Positions 10,205 to 22,090 of a stretch of 64,000 bases of DNA are shown in pieces. The position numbers and the translations under genes are program-made. The stretch's first letter is position 1. Each line of letters starts with the position of its first letter. Source of the DNA: Malacoraja senta (lineage: Eukaryota); NCBI GenBank assembly GCA_038087875.1, contig CM075998.1:312001-376000 (forward strand), written 5' to 3'. The notes below the pieces were generated by a model. The model was not told where the DNA came from and did not search any database. It worked only from the letters and a program-made list of their open reading frames with translations.

Positions 10205-11994
10205 GAATATTGTTGCTGGGAAAACAAATAAAATAGGTACAGTCCTAAACAGTCTGGACCTCCCAGTATGTCCTTTAGTCAATTAATTTGACAATGGTTA
10301 AATCCCGAGGTGTGCGCTCTTATTTTCTAACCACTTATTTAAAAATATCCTGTTTTAAACACCTGTGAACCAGACTTAATTTGTCTGCTGTAGAAACAAG
10401 GAATTGTAGATGCTGGTTTATTGCTATTGAAATGCTAGTCATCATCTTATTTAAGTAGAATAAAACATGACAGTGAATCTGAACTATATTCAGTAGATCT
10501 CTGCAGAACATGGATAGGTGACAGGCCCTCGTTCTTGTTTTGTTGACACAATGTGCTGGAGTAACTCAGAGGGACAGGCAGCATCTCTGGAGAGAAGGAA
10601 TGGGTGACGTTTCGGGTCGAGACCCTTCTTCAGACCATCCTTGTTTAATTCTCTGCGCTCTTTCCAACTGAAATTAGAATACCTTGTCCGTTATTATAAT
10701 TGGTTTTCTCATTTAATCATTCTCACCAGCCCTTTCACCCTCAGTTGTTTACTGCTAGTCTCCATCTTAGTCTTAGATAGACACAAAATGCTGGAGTAAC
10801 TCAGCGGGACAGGCAGCATCTCTGGAGAGAAGGAATGGGTTGAGACCCTTCTTCAGACTGACGTTTCGGGTCGAGACCCTTCTTCACTCATCATCAGTCC
10901 ATCATAGTCTTTATCTCTCTATGAGAAAAATCAGTCAATTGATTCATCCTGATTGTTATTGGTGTGAAATGTGAAATCCTTGCCCTGATCCCCAATGTTT
11001 TTGTAACTAATCTATGAAACCATTCGAACATTAAAAAGACATTGTCTTTTCTCCTGTGTTCGATGAGGCAAAACCCAGAAAATTCCTGGAGCTCCAGCCA
11101 ATTATTTATTTATACCTTCTTGTGTTTTGGTAGCCATGCATGGAGAAAATCGGTATTGGCCCATCCTAATCCCTTCATGAAAAGGTATATGTAATAGAAT
11201 GAGATTACTGCATACTGTATAATTGAACACAAAACAAACAGAGAGGGTGATATGTTTGTAAGTGAATGCTGTTATGAGCAATTTTTACTTGCCAGTTAAT
11301 TCTATTTGCTCTTACAAAAAGCTGGTTCTCCTTCAAGCTGGATTTGATTCCAATTATGACATGTACTGCACTGAGTAAATATAAACATGGGTCTTAAAAT
11401 ACCAATGCATTGCAGCAAAAAGGTTTATGACCTTTCTGACAGCAGTAAGCCAAGGGAACTGCTTGGTCAGGGTAATCCATGCTCTGCCTTCTATTTCACT
11501 GCCATGTAATGCAGTCGCCTTATGTAACATCCCAGGGATCTGGCACCAGATTATTTTATGGGCCTTGGTCGGCTCAGCTAAGCCCATTCTAGCTGGTCCA
11601 CGTGGCAGGACATTGATTTAGAGCATAGACACAAAGTGCTGGAGTACCTCAGCGGGACAGGCAGCATCTCTGGAGAAAAGGAATGGGTGGTGTTTCAGGT
11701 CGAGACCCTTCTTCAGACTGAAAGTCACAGGAAAGGGAAACGAGAGATTCCTGAAGAAGGGTCCGACTGCGGATGGTTCGTCTGCCCCGTCCGCGGGAGA
11801 AAAGGAGGGAAGAAGATGAGACTTTATTGCCTTCCATCACAGTTGGGAATCCGCTGTGGTGGATGTTTATGTTCATTTTTATGTAGTTGTGTGTTTTGTT
11901 TACTATTTCTGGTATGACTGTATGGCGAAATCAAATTCCTCGTATGTTGCAAAACATACTTGGCTAATAAATTAATTACAATTATGATTACGAT

Positions 11995-12322
11995 ATGGGA
12001 TAGGAGTAGAATTAGGCCATTCGACCCATCAAGTCTGCTCCGCCATTCAATCATGGCTGATCTATCTCACCCTCCTAACCCCATTCTCCTGCCTTCTCCC
12101 CATAACCTCTGACACCCGTACTAATCAAGCATCTCTCCCTTAAAAATATCCATTGACTTGGCCTCCACAGCCTTCTGTGGCAAAGCATTCCACAGAATCA
12201 CCACACTCTGACTAAAGAAATTTCTTCTCATCTCCTTCCTAAAAGAACGTTTTTTTAATTCTGAGGTTATGACCTCTAATCTTAGACTCTCCCACTAGTG
12301 GAAACCTCCTCTCCACATCCAG
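11995..12322 (-). mobile_element. CR1/HER1 LINE 3' fragment
   Basis: Near-identical to 2665-3010. Confidence 0.88.
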
Positions 12323-12847
12323 TTCTGCAGTGAATGGCGACAGAACCACTGAAGTGTTTCTGGGAGCAGTTGATATTGAAAGTATTCCTCTGCCCAAATA
12401 ACATTCCCATTTAACTGCCATTACATGTCCCCCTGACTCACATTTATGTTGAGCGAACCAATAGCACAGTGATGGCAAGAATCTTATGATCTGATAATAC
12501 AATTCTATCTTTAGGTTTCGCCCATTAAATGAGATGCAGACTCCAGTGGTTAACATAATTGCCATACCAACAGGCCTGCAATCCCAGAAACACCTATTTG
12601 TTTTACCTAATATTTCCAGCAAATTTTTTACTCCAACTTAAAATTTCAAAAAATATACACGCCAAAAATTGCAGAACAAGAAAGATGCCTCACAACCTTT
12701 GGCGTCAGCAGTGCTATTTTGGTTCATGCCATTTGCTTTTGAAACTCAATTTCTATTCAGTCTTTTACTCTCTTCTCCACCCTAAATAACTCATAATAGT
12801 TTGTTTCCAGAATAAAATCAGTGCTTAGAAATGTCAATTTCTAAGCT

Positions 12848-13048
12848 CAGAGGGCGGTGGAGGCCGGTTCTCTGGATACTTTAAAGAGAGAGCTAGATAG
12901 GGATCTTAAAAATAGCGGAGTCAGGGATTATGGGGAGAAGGCAGGAACGGGGTACTGATTGGGGATGATCAGCCATGATCACATTGAATGGCGGTGTTGG
13001 CTCGAAGGGCCGAATGGCCTACTCCTGCACCTATTGTCTATTGTCTAT
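12848..13048 (+). mobile_element. CR1/HER1 LINE 3' end
   Basis: Same family as 8425-8801; (tattgtc)n tail. Confidence 0.85.
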
Positions 13049-13119
13049 TTGCTGAATTTCTATGCTTGCAATGGCAAAGCTTATGCAAGTTAACCAATGG
13101 AGTAGACTGTGAAAAGAAA

Positions 13120-13480
13120 GTCACAGAGTGATACAGTGTGGAAACAGGCCCTTTGGCCCAACTTGCCCACACCGACCAACATGCCCCATCTACACTAGTC
13201 CCACCTGCCCGTGTTTGGTCCATATCCCTCCAAACCTGTCCTATCCATCAACCTGTCTAACTGTTTCTTAAACAATGGGATAGTCCCAGCCTCAACTACC
13301 TCCTCCGGCAGCTCGTTCCATACACCCACCACCCTCTGTGTGTGAAAAAGTTACCCCTCAGATTCCTATTAAATATTTCCCCCTGCACCTTGAACCCATG
13401 TCCTCTGGTCCTCGATTCCCCTACTCTGGGCAAGAGATTCTGTTGAATCTACCCGATCTATTCCTCTCATGATTTTATTC
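13120..13480 (-). mobile_element. CR1 LINE 3' fragment (second 3'-UTR type)
   Basis: Homologous to 16780-17295 and 55525-56060. Confidence 0.85.
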
Positions 13481-13998
13481 CTCTCATGAAGTTATAACAT
13501 TAGGTTGGGAATAAATTGGGAAATAAATGGTTTAATGAACTCAACTTGGTCATAGAAGCTGCTGGAGCAAATATTTGATGAATGGTCTATGCAGACCTAT
13601 CCCAAAGTCAGTATAAGCCCCAGACCATATTTGGTCAGGATTATGACATTTAAGCAATTAAAGTTGTTTTAATATTAGTGGCTGTTTCTTTGAAATCCAC
13701 GTAATCTAAAAGGAGCTACATCAAATGTTTAGGACCCATCAATTCCTGAAAATGTTGTGAGATTACAATTATACAGTCCAACTATAAACATAAGACAAAT
13801 GATTAGGAAGGACTGAAGGTCTGAAGAAGGGTCACAACCCAAAACATCACACATTCCTTCTCTCCAGAGATGCTGCTGCCTGTCCCGCTGAGTTACTCCA
13901 ACATTTTGTTTCTATCTGAGACAAATGATTGTCAGGTAAGAAGAGGGGAAAGCTTTGCTTTCAAATTAAATTTGTGATTAAAGAACGATAATGAGTAC

Positions 13999-14120
13999 TT
14001 TTTGAAGAGGTGCCTGTCCAGCGTGACGCTGCTTGAGGAACTCTGTACAGTCTGACGCAGGAGGTCCATGCAGTACTTCAGTCGGGGGTCAGAGGTCAGC
14101 AGTCCTGTTGATTTTAATGC
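13999..14120 (-). CDS. gls2: Glutaminase exon (equivalent to exon 3), 122 bp: [41 protein letters not shown]
   Basis: ALKSTGL.TSDPRL motif; atgcag acceptor, gtactc donor. Confidence 0.93.
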
Positions 14121-14229
14121 CTGCATTTAAAATAAAACACACGAGAATCAAATAACATGAACATCCACTCGGTTTCATGAAATTAGTGCTACTTCAAGAA
14201 AACACAGTAAGACTACAAAAATTAGACAA

Positions 14230-15317
14230 AACTGCGTCAACTTGGCAGATGAAATTTAATACTAATAAATGTGAAGTCATTCACTTTGGGAAAAAAAATG
14301 ATAGGGCAAGTTATTTTCTAAATGAGGTGGAGCTGCGTTGTAATGCAACGCAAAGGGATCTAGGGGTAGTAGTACATGAATCACTAAAAGTTAGTATGCA
14401 GGTGCAGCAAGCAATCAGGAAGGCCAATGGAGTTTTGGCCTTTATTGCTAGGGGGATTGAGTATAAAAACACGGAGGTCTTGCTGCAGCTGTACACAGTA
14501 TTAGTGAGACCACATTTGGAATACTGTGTACAGTTCTGGGGTCCATACTTAAGAAAGGATGTACTGGCCCTGGAGGCAGTGCAGCGAAGGTTTACAAGAT
14601 TAATTCCTGCAATGAGGGGATTGACATATGAGGAAAGGTTAAGTAGGCTGGAACTCTACTCTTTGGAGTTTAGAAGAATGAGAGACGATCTCATTGAAAC
14701 ATATAAGATCGTGAGGGGCCTTGATCGGGTGGATGCACCGAGGATGTTCCCAATGATCGGGGAAACTAGAACTAGGGGACATAGTTGTAGAATAAGAGGG
14801 GGCTCTTTTAAAACTGAGATGAGGAAGAACTTCTTCACCCAGAGGGTGGTTAATTTATGGAATTCACTGCCCCAGGGAGCAGTGGAAGCAGAAACATTAA
14901 ATATATTTAAATCTAAAATAGATGGTTTTTTAGCTGCCAAGGGGATAAGGGGCTACGGGGAGAGGGCAGGGATATGGACCTAGGTATGGTTAGTATAGTA
15001 AGACCTGAGTGATCTCCTGGACAAGTGTCGATCGCCTGGATTGGGGTCGGAGAGGAATTTCCCGGATTTTTTTCCCGAATTGGACCTGGGTTTTTATCCG
15101 TTTTTTTGCCTCCCCCAGGAGATCACGCGGTTCTTGGGGTGGAGAGGGGTGATAGCGATATAAAGGGGAGGGTAGTGTCTTGTGTTCTGTGTCTTGTGTC
15201 TACTGTTTGTGGGTAAGGGTGTCTGTTTAGTGTTCAGCCATGAGCGAATGGCGGTGCGGGCTCGATGGGCCTGGTGGTCTACTCTCGCACCTACTTTCTA
15301 TGTTTCTATGTTTCTAA
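14230..15317 (+). mobile_element. 5'-truncated young CR1 LINE with uninterrupted ORF2 C-terminus (to 14983)
   Basis: WQMKFNTNKCEVIHFG, RDLGV, LVRPHLEYCVQFW motifs; (tttctatg)n tail. Confidence 0.93.
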
Positions 15318-16113
15318 TGTTTTACTTCAGCTTTTGAAACTTTTTCTATTTTTCCATCTCACCGGTTTCACCGCCTTTTGTCTCCTGATGCTGGTCTTTG
15401 ATTCGTGCCAAGTTATGATTTTGCCAGAAATCGGCCAATCATTGACTTCCCAGCCTAGGCGACCATCAGTCAACATTTGAGTGACCATGGCCTATTGAAC
15501 TGCGATGACCACCCATCCTTCCTCTGGTTCTCATGTGCACTTAATGCCCTTGTCGCAACATTACTGATCACAAATCTGAAGTTTAAATGATTTTTTTCCC
15601 CCTTCCTTCCTCAATGCACGAATGCTCAGGCCACTTTGTATGCCTTGCCTTCCACCCCAACTGTGGTCAGTTAATTTAACAAGAAATAAAATTAAATGAT
15701 AAATATGCATTGATGCAGTTTATAAAATATGATAGAGACCAACAGAACAAAGGTCAGTGCTACTGGTACTTGAGAGCTATGGTGTAAAGCAACAACCACG
15801 TTAAATTCAAAGTCGTGTCCAGTGCTTCATTGAAAAGCAGATATGGAGGCAGCTAGCTTCGTTCCCAATGAATGAGTTAATAACCCTCATTCCCTGGCAT
15901 AGTTTTGAACTACACAGTTTGCTTCAGTATTGATATTTACTACGTTTGTGCCAGTGGTAAGTTTGTCTTACAAGTGCTCAGGCTGAAATGGAAGGGAAAT
16001 AACTCAGAATCCCCAATTCTGGTCACTATCTAATGACTCCTGTATACTAATGAGCATTGGGACAGGGCAGGATGAGGGCTTGACCATGATGTTTCCACAA
16101 TCAATATTCTTTG

Positions 16114-16678
16114 GTAGACACAAAGTGCTGGAGTAACTCAGCGGGACAGGCAGCAGCATCTCTGGAGAGAAGGAACGGGTGACGTTTCGGGTCGAGACCC
16201 TTCTTCAGACTGAGAGTCAGGGGGAGAGGGAAACGAGAGATATAGGCGATGGTGTAGAAAGAGAGATATAGAACAAATGAATGAAAGATATGCCAAAAAA
16301 GTAACAATGACAAAGGAAACAGGGCATTGTTAGCTGTTTGTTGGATGACAACGAGAAGCTGGTGTAACTTGGGTGGGGGAGGGATGGAGAGAGAGGGAAT
16401 GCAGGGGTTACTTCAAGCTAGAGAAATCAATACTTATACAGTCTGAAGAAGGGTTTCAGCCCAAAACGTTGCCTATTTCATTCGCTCCATAGATGCTGCC
16501 GCACCCGCTGAGTTTCTCCAGCATTTTTGTCTACCATCAATACTTATACTGCTGGGTTGTAAGCTGCCCAAGCGAAATATGAGGTGCTGTTCCTCCAATT
16601 TGCATTTGGCCTCACTCTGACAATGGTGGAGGGCCTAGGACAGAAAGGTCAGTGTGGGAATGGGAAGGGGAATTAAAG
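16114..16678 (-). mobile_element. Penelope-like 3' fragment (subfamily A) with nested subfamily B pLTR at 16441-16535
   Basis: TSD tcaatattctttg at 16101 and 16679; inner TSD atcaatacttatac at 16426 and 16536. Confidence 0.88.
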
Positions 16679-16779
16679 TCAATATTCTTTGTGGTCACTT
16701 GGATCAGGTAGCTGGTACACTGCGGAATAAGAATGTATGTTCCACTGTTGAATCATAGAATCTAATTTAATTTGGATTA

Positions 16780-17295
16780 TAGGAAAGATGTTGTCAAGCT
16801 GGAAAGGGTACAGAGAAGATTTATGAGGATGTTGCCAGGACTAGAGGGTCTGAGTTATAGGCAGAGGTTGTGGCAGGCTGGGACTCGATTCCTTGGGGCA
16901 CAGGAGGATGAGGGGTGATCTTACAGAGGTGTATAAGATCATGAGAGGAATAGATCGGGTAGACGCACAGTGTCTCTTGCCCAGAGTAGGGGAATCGAGG
17001 ACCAGAGGACATGGGTTCAAGGTGAAGGGAAAAAGATTTAATAGGAATCTGAGGGGTAACTTTTCACACAAAGGGTGGTGGGTGTATGGAATAAGCTGCC
17101 AGAGGAGGTAGTTGAGACAGGGACTACTGTATGCCAACATTTGAGAAACAATTAGACAGGTACATGGATAGGACAGGTGTGGAGGGATATGGACCAAATG
17201 CTGGCAGGTGTGACTAGTGTAGATGGGACATATCGGCTAGTATGGGCAAGTTGGGCAGAAGGGCCTGTTTCCACGCTGTATCACTCTGTGACTTA
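16780..17295 (+). mobile_element. CR1 LINE 3' fragment
   Basis: RRMRGDLTEVYKIMRGIDRVD...ESRTRGHGFKVKG. Confidence 0.9.
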
Positions 17296-17654
17296 TGAAC
17301 TCAATGATCGCAATTAGCCTCCATCATAGACAGGAAGAATGCTGTGCAAATTCACCTTTTCAACACATACGCCAATTGACTCTCCTTCCCCTGCCCTGCC
17401 ATGGAAACTCAGGAAGAGAGCTCTATAATGATAAGCTCAGGTTCAATCCCAGTAAAGGTGCTTGTACTTCTCTTTAGAAAACACGAACAGATTAATGCAT
17501 CCAGTTGATTGAATAACAAAATGATTGTTTGTGTACTGTAAGTGTTGCTCACGTTGGCTTTCCGCTGCGCACCTGCCGCTTATCTGTGTTTAAATAAATC
17601 CGTTCAAATAAAAAGCCCATCTGCCACTTAGTTCAGCCTTTCAACCAAACATAA

Positions 17655-18095
17655 CCTCAAACTGGACGAGCAGCGCCTCATTTTCCGCTTGGCCAACGGT
17701 ATGATCATTGAATGCTCCAATTGTAGGTAACCCTTAACAACCTCCCCTTTCTCTCCCCCCCCCCCCTCACTGGGACTCATACCTATTTCTCCTCTCCCCC
17801 TCCACCTACATACCTTCACAATTCACCACTCTTCATTCCTTTTGTCTCACACCTTTTTTCCCATCTCTGACCTCTGTCCAACCGTCTGCCTTTCAAACCT
17901 CCCCTCACCTGCATTTACCTGTTACCATGCTTAGTCCTGCCCCTCCTCCCTCCCCCACCACAATTAGTCTGAAGAACCCGGAATGTCACCTGTCCATGTT
18001 CTCCAGAGATGCTGCCCGACTCACTGAGTTACTCCAGCACTTTGTCTCTTTTTTTTTTTTTTGGTAAGCCAACATCTGCAGTTCCTGGTTTCTAC
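17655..18095 (+). mobile_element. Degenerate Penelope-like 3' fragment
   Basis: KLDEQRLIFRL remnant, pyrimidine-rich UTR, diverged pLTR. Confidence 0.7.
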
Positions 18096-18269
18096 TCTTA
18101 CAGTCCCCGTGCAGTCCTTGCTTGTAATCTAACCCTCACAATTCATACATGATCCCGATGGTTCCATAGTGCACAACTTTCAAGATCAACACGTCTTCCC
18201 AAAGTGCCAGAGCCGCTTAAGGTATTCTGGGCACGCTCTAACTTTTGACTTTGTATCACTGCAAGAAAG

Positions 18270-18583
18270 TTTCGAAGGTAGACAAACGTGCTGGAGAAAC
18301 TCAGCAGGTGCAGCAGCATCTATGGAGCGAAGGAAATAGGCAACGTTTCGGGTCGAAACCTTGGGAAATAGGCAACGTTTCGGGCCGAAACCTTGGGAAA
18401 TAGGCAACGTTTCGGGCCGATACCTTGGGAAATAGGCAACGTTTCGGCCCGAAACCCTTCCGGGTTTCGGCCCGAAACGTTGCCTATTTCCTTCGCTCCA
18501 TAGATGCTGCTGCACCCGCTGAGTTTCTCCAGCACTTTTTTCTACCTTCGATTTTCCCAGCATCTGCAGTTCCTTCTTAAACA
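18270..18583. mobile_element. Penelope pLTR fold-back element (subfamily B) with 4 x 32-bp internal tandem repeat
   Basis: Inverted arms; repeat units start at 18332, 18364, 18396, 18428. Confidence 0.85.
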
Positions 18584-18859
18584 ATACAATGTCTAGTTGT
18601 ACAGTGTATTGGTTGGAACCAAGTTGTCTGTAATTATGTCTTTGCATGAAGTAGCTTCATGAAATAAATGATATAATGTTGTAATTAAATGTTTTCAGGA
18701 GTAAATCAGCTTGTTGATAGCAGTTCTAGACGGGTTAAAAAGCTATCAGTTGCATAACAATAGGGAATTTCCATTGAAAGGTACAACCAGCACAGAACTC
18801 TTCTCTGAGCTGCTGTACTCACTAAACCTTTTCAAACTACAGAGCATTGTTCAAATATC

Positions 18860-19081
18860 TGTGTTAAAGAAGGAACTGCAGATGCTGGAAAATCGAAGGT
18901 ACACAAAAATGCTGGAGAAACTCAGCAGGTGCAGCAGCATCTATGGAGCGAAGGAAATAGGTAACGTTTCGGGCTGAAACCCTTCTTCAGTCAGAAGGGT
19001 TTCGGCCCGAAACGTTACCTATTTCCTTCGCTCCATAGATGCTGCTGCACCCGCTGAGTTTCTCCAGCATTTTTGTGTACC
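18860..19081. mobile_element. Penelope pLTR fold-back element (subfamily B)
   Basis: Inverted arms; TSD ttgttcaaatatc on both sides. Confidence 0.88.
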
Positions 19082-19746
19082 TTGTTCAAATATCCCCTTG
19101 AACACTTCACCGTTGGTTTTGCACCTTCTGCACCAGCACTTGCCCTGCGTCAGGTAGAGTCATGGAGAGATACATGGAGGCAGGCTCTTCAGCCCATCGA
19201 GCCTGCACCAGCCTTCAACCGCCCATTTTACACTGATCCCACCCCAAACCCTCATCCCCTCCCCACCCTTCCTTGACAAACTGCACCGCACAGAACACCT
19301 TGTAAATGCAGCAATGCCAGTGCTAAATCTGCCCTTTCTTTGCCGCAGCTTATTGGAGCATCGGTGCAGCGTATTGCAAGGCAGCCGCAATCAACATTTA
19401 AGATAGGCTCCTTCATCCGGGGAAGCTTGAAATGCAGGGAACCCTGAGGAGTTGGTGGGGAAGGGGAGCAGACAGGAAAGGCATTTCAAAATGGGAGAAG
19501 ATTTCAATAAATGTGATCTCGAAATTGGCAGGATGAAAATGGAAATGTTGCTTGAGAATGGAGGACCATAGGTTGCAAATTGCGCCTGGGTTGATGGTTC
19601 CCAGTGAAATGCCCGTTTATTTTGAACAAAAATGTGACTTTCCACGGAAGGAACTGAGATCTGAGTAAGCATGGTCTGATATCTTACAGGTCAAGCTGCG
19701 TGGTAAAGGTTAGGCGTAAGCAACGTAACACGGGACAATAGGATGC

Positions 19747-20387
19747 CCTTCCCTCCCACTCCACCCCCTCCCCGGGCACTTTCCCTTGCAACCGCAAGAG
19801 ATGCTACACTTGTCGCTTTACCTCCCCCCCCTCGACTCCATTCAAGGACCCAAGCAGCCGTTCCAGGTGCGGCAGAGGTTCACCTGCATCTCCTCCAACC
19901 TCATCTATTGCATCCGCTGCTCTAGATGCCAGCTGCTCTACATCGGTGAGACCAAGCGGAGGCTTGGCGATCGCTTCGCCGAACACCTCCGCTCGGTCCG
20001 CAAAAACCAACCTGACCTCCCGGTGGCTCAGCACTTCAACTCCCCCTCCCATTCCGAATCCGACCTTTCTGTCCTGGGCCTCCTCCACGGCCAGAGTGAG
20101 GACCACCGTAAATTGGAGGAGCAGCACCACATATTTCGCTTGGGCAGTTTGTACCCCAGTGGTATGAACATTGAATTCACCAATTTCCGGTAGCCCTTGC
20201 TGGCTCCTCCCCTTCTCAGCTCTCCCTCAGCCCTCGGGCTCCTCCTCTTCCTTTCTCCTTTCTTCTCCCCACCCCTCCCACCCTCACATCAGTCTGAAGA
20301 AGGGTTTCGGCCCGAAACGTTGCTTATTTCCTTCGCTCCATAGATGCTGCTGCACCCGCTGAGTTTCTCCAGCACTTTTGTCTACCT
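19747..20387 (+). mobile_element. 5'-truncated Penelope-like retroelement with GIY-YIG endonuclease domain (ORF to 20193) and subfamily B pLTR
   Basis: NLIYCIRCSRCQLLYIGETKRRLGDRFAEH...VAQHFN...GMN; TSD acaataggatgc. Confidence 0.93.
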
Positions 20388-20457
20388 ACAATAGGATGCA
20401 TAATGTGGCGTGGATTTGTGTGAGGAGGAGAAGCAGCTTAGCTCCCTGTTTGCTTAC

Positions 20458-20557
20458 ACTGATAAACTTGGGGGTCGTTATCTGCTCTTCTCCCTCAGTG
20501 ATTGTGTAGAATAGCATATCCTCCAGTCCTGGCATCAAGCCCGGTTTGTGCTTCCTC
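20458..20557 (-). CDS. gls2: Glutaminase exon (equivalent to exon 2), 100 bp: RKHKPGLMPGLEDMLFYTITEGEEQITTPKFIS
   Basis: Hand translation; LED.LFYTI.EG motif; cccccag acceptor, gtaagc donor; phase 0 end fits the next exon. Confidence 0.9.
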
Positions 20558-21254
20558 CTGGGGGATAAACAAGTGTAGTAACTGTGACAAAATGTATCAC
20601 ACTTTTCAACAAAGACCCATAATGAAGCTGACCCGAGTCGACTGAATCTGCTAACAGCGTCACGTAGAATGTGTAGGAACGAACTCCAGATGCTGGTTTA
20701 AACCGAAGATAGACACAAAATGCTGGAGTAACTCAGCGGGACAGGCAGGCATCTCTGGAGAGAAGGGATGGGTGACTATCAGTGTCTGAAGAAGATCTCG
20801 ACCCAAAACGTCACCCATGTCTGGAAATGCTTCACGAAGACAAGAGGGTTTGTAAAGGAGAGCAAGAAAAAAAGCAGAACAATTAAATTATTACTTTGCG
20901 TCTGTCTTCACAGCTATATTAGAGAATCACGAGTAAAGCGAGAGTAAGGAACTGAAGGAGCTAAGTATTTGTCAAATACTAGTCAAGACAGAATGTTAAA
21001 CAATATATATTTTCAGTCCTGAGGTGCATCTAATGGAAGAGTAACTATACAGGTGGAAAACTGTCATTTTAATGTTAGAAGAGGAAGTGGGTATCTAAAA
21101 GATGATGTCTCTGCAACTCTACCAGATGGATCCATGAATGAAAAGTTGCCTGACGAGCCTGAAGAGGCCACCCCTCTGGCTTAACTGGTCTTTGGAGTTT
21201 CAACAAAGGAATATCTTTCATTTATTCATTTGTATAGTGCCAGAGGACAAAGGA

Positions 21255-22090
21255 CATTTATTGTCACAAACACCAATTGGTGTAGTGACATTTCAGTTAC
21301 CATTTGCAGCACACCAATAAAATGAACAAACACAACATTATAGAATTTAACATTAAACATAAAAACATCCCCCCACAGCGGGATCAACGTTTCCCACTGT
21401 GAGGGAAGGCAGCAAAGTTCAGTCCACTTCCTCCATGTTCACCCATGGTCGGGCCTATTGAGGCCTCCGCAGTCGCCGCTATGGCGGCCCGATGTTTCAG
21501 GCCTTCTCGCCGGGATGATGGAGCTCCGGCGTCGGAAGAACACTCTCAGCGTCTTGGAGTTTCCGAAACGGCCGCTTGCTACCGGAGACCGCGGCTCCCG
21601 AAGTCCACAGGCCACGCTGGTCGGAGCTCCAACACTGGCGATCTCGGCGAGAGATCCCAGGCTCCGTGGTGTTTAAAGCCAGCGCCGCCATGGCTGGACG
21701 CTCCGCAGACCACAGCTCCACGATGTTGAAGTCGGCAGTCCCAACACTCCACATGGCGACCCGAGTAAGGCATCGCCCCGCTCCGCGATGGTACCTCAGT
21801 GCTGCGCTGCTGCTGAAGCTGCAGCGCGAAGCTCTGGGTGGTCTCCGGCAGGAAAGGCCGCACCAATCCAGGTGGTAGGCTGCGAGGAGGGGGCAAAGAT
21901 GTGGCTCGGAGGAATGACGCATCCTCGCCCAGGTAGGGACTGGAAAAAACAGTTTCCCTCTCCCCCCCCCCCATCCCCCACATAAAAAGACTTAAAGGCC
22001 TCCAGAACAAAACTTTTAACACACTAAAAATAAAAAAAGGGTGAAAAACGAACAGGTGCAGGCGAGGCTGCCACACTCTATGGCGCCACC
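21255..22090 (-). mobile_element. GC-rich non-coding retroposon with Rex-Babar-like ends (putative non-autonomous element)
   Basis: 5' GGTGGCGCC start, CpG-rich body, 3' gtgacaataaa end shared with the Rex-type tails in this window. Confidence 0.5.

Noticed and set aside
18332..18460. CRISPR-like 32-34 bp palindromic repeats (also 53625-53760)
   Set aside because: Head-to-tail with no unique spacers, eukaryotic context, derived from the Penelope pLTR
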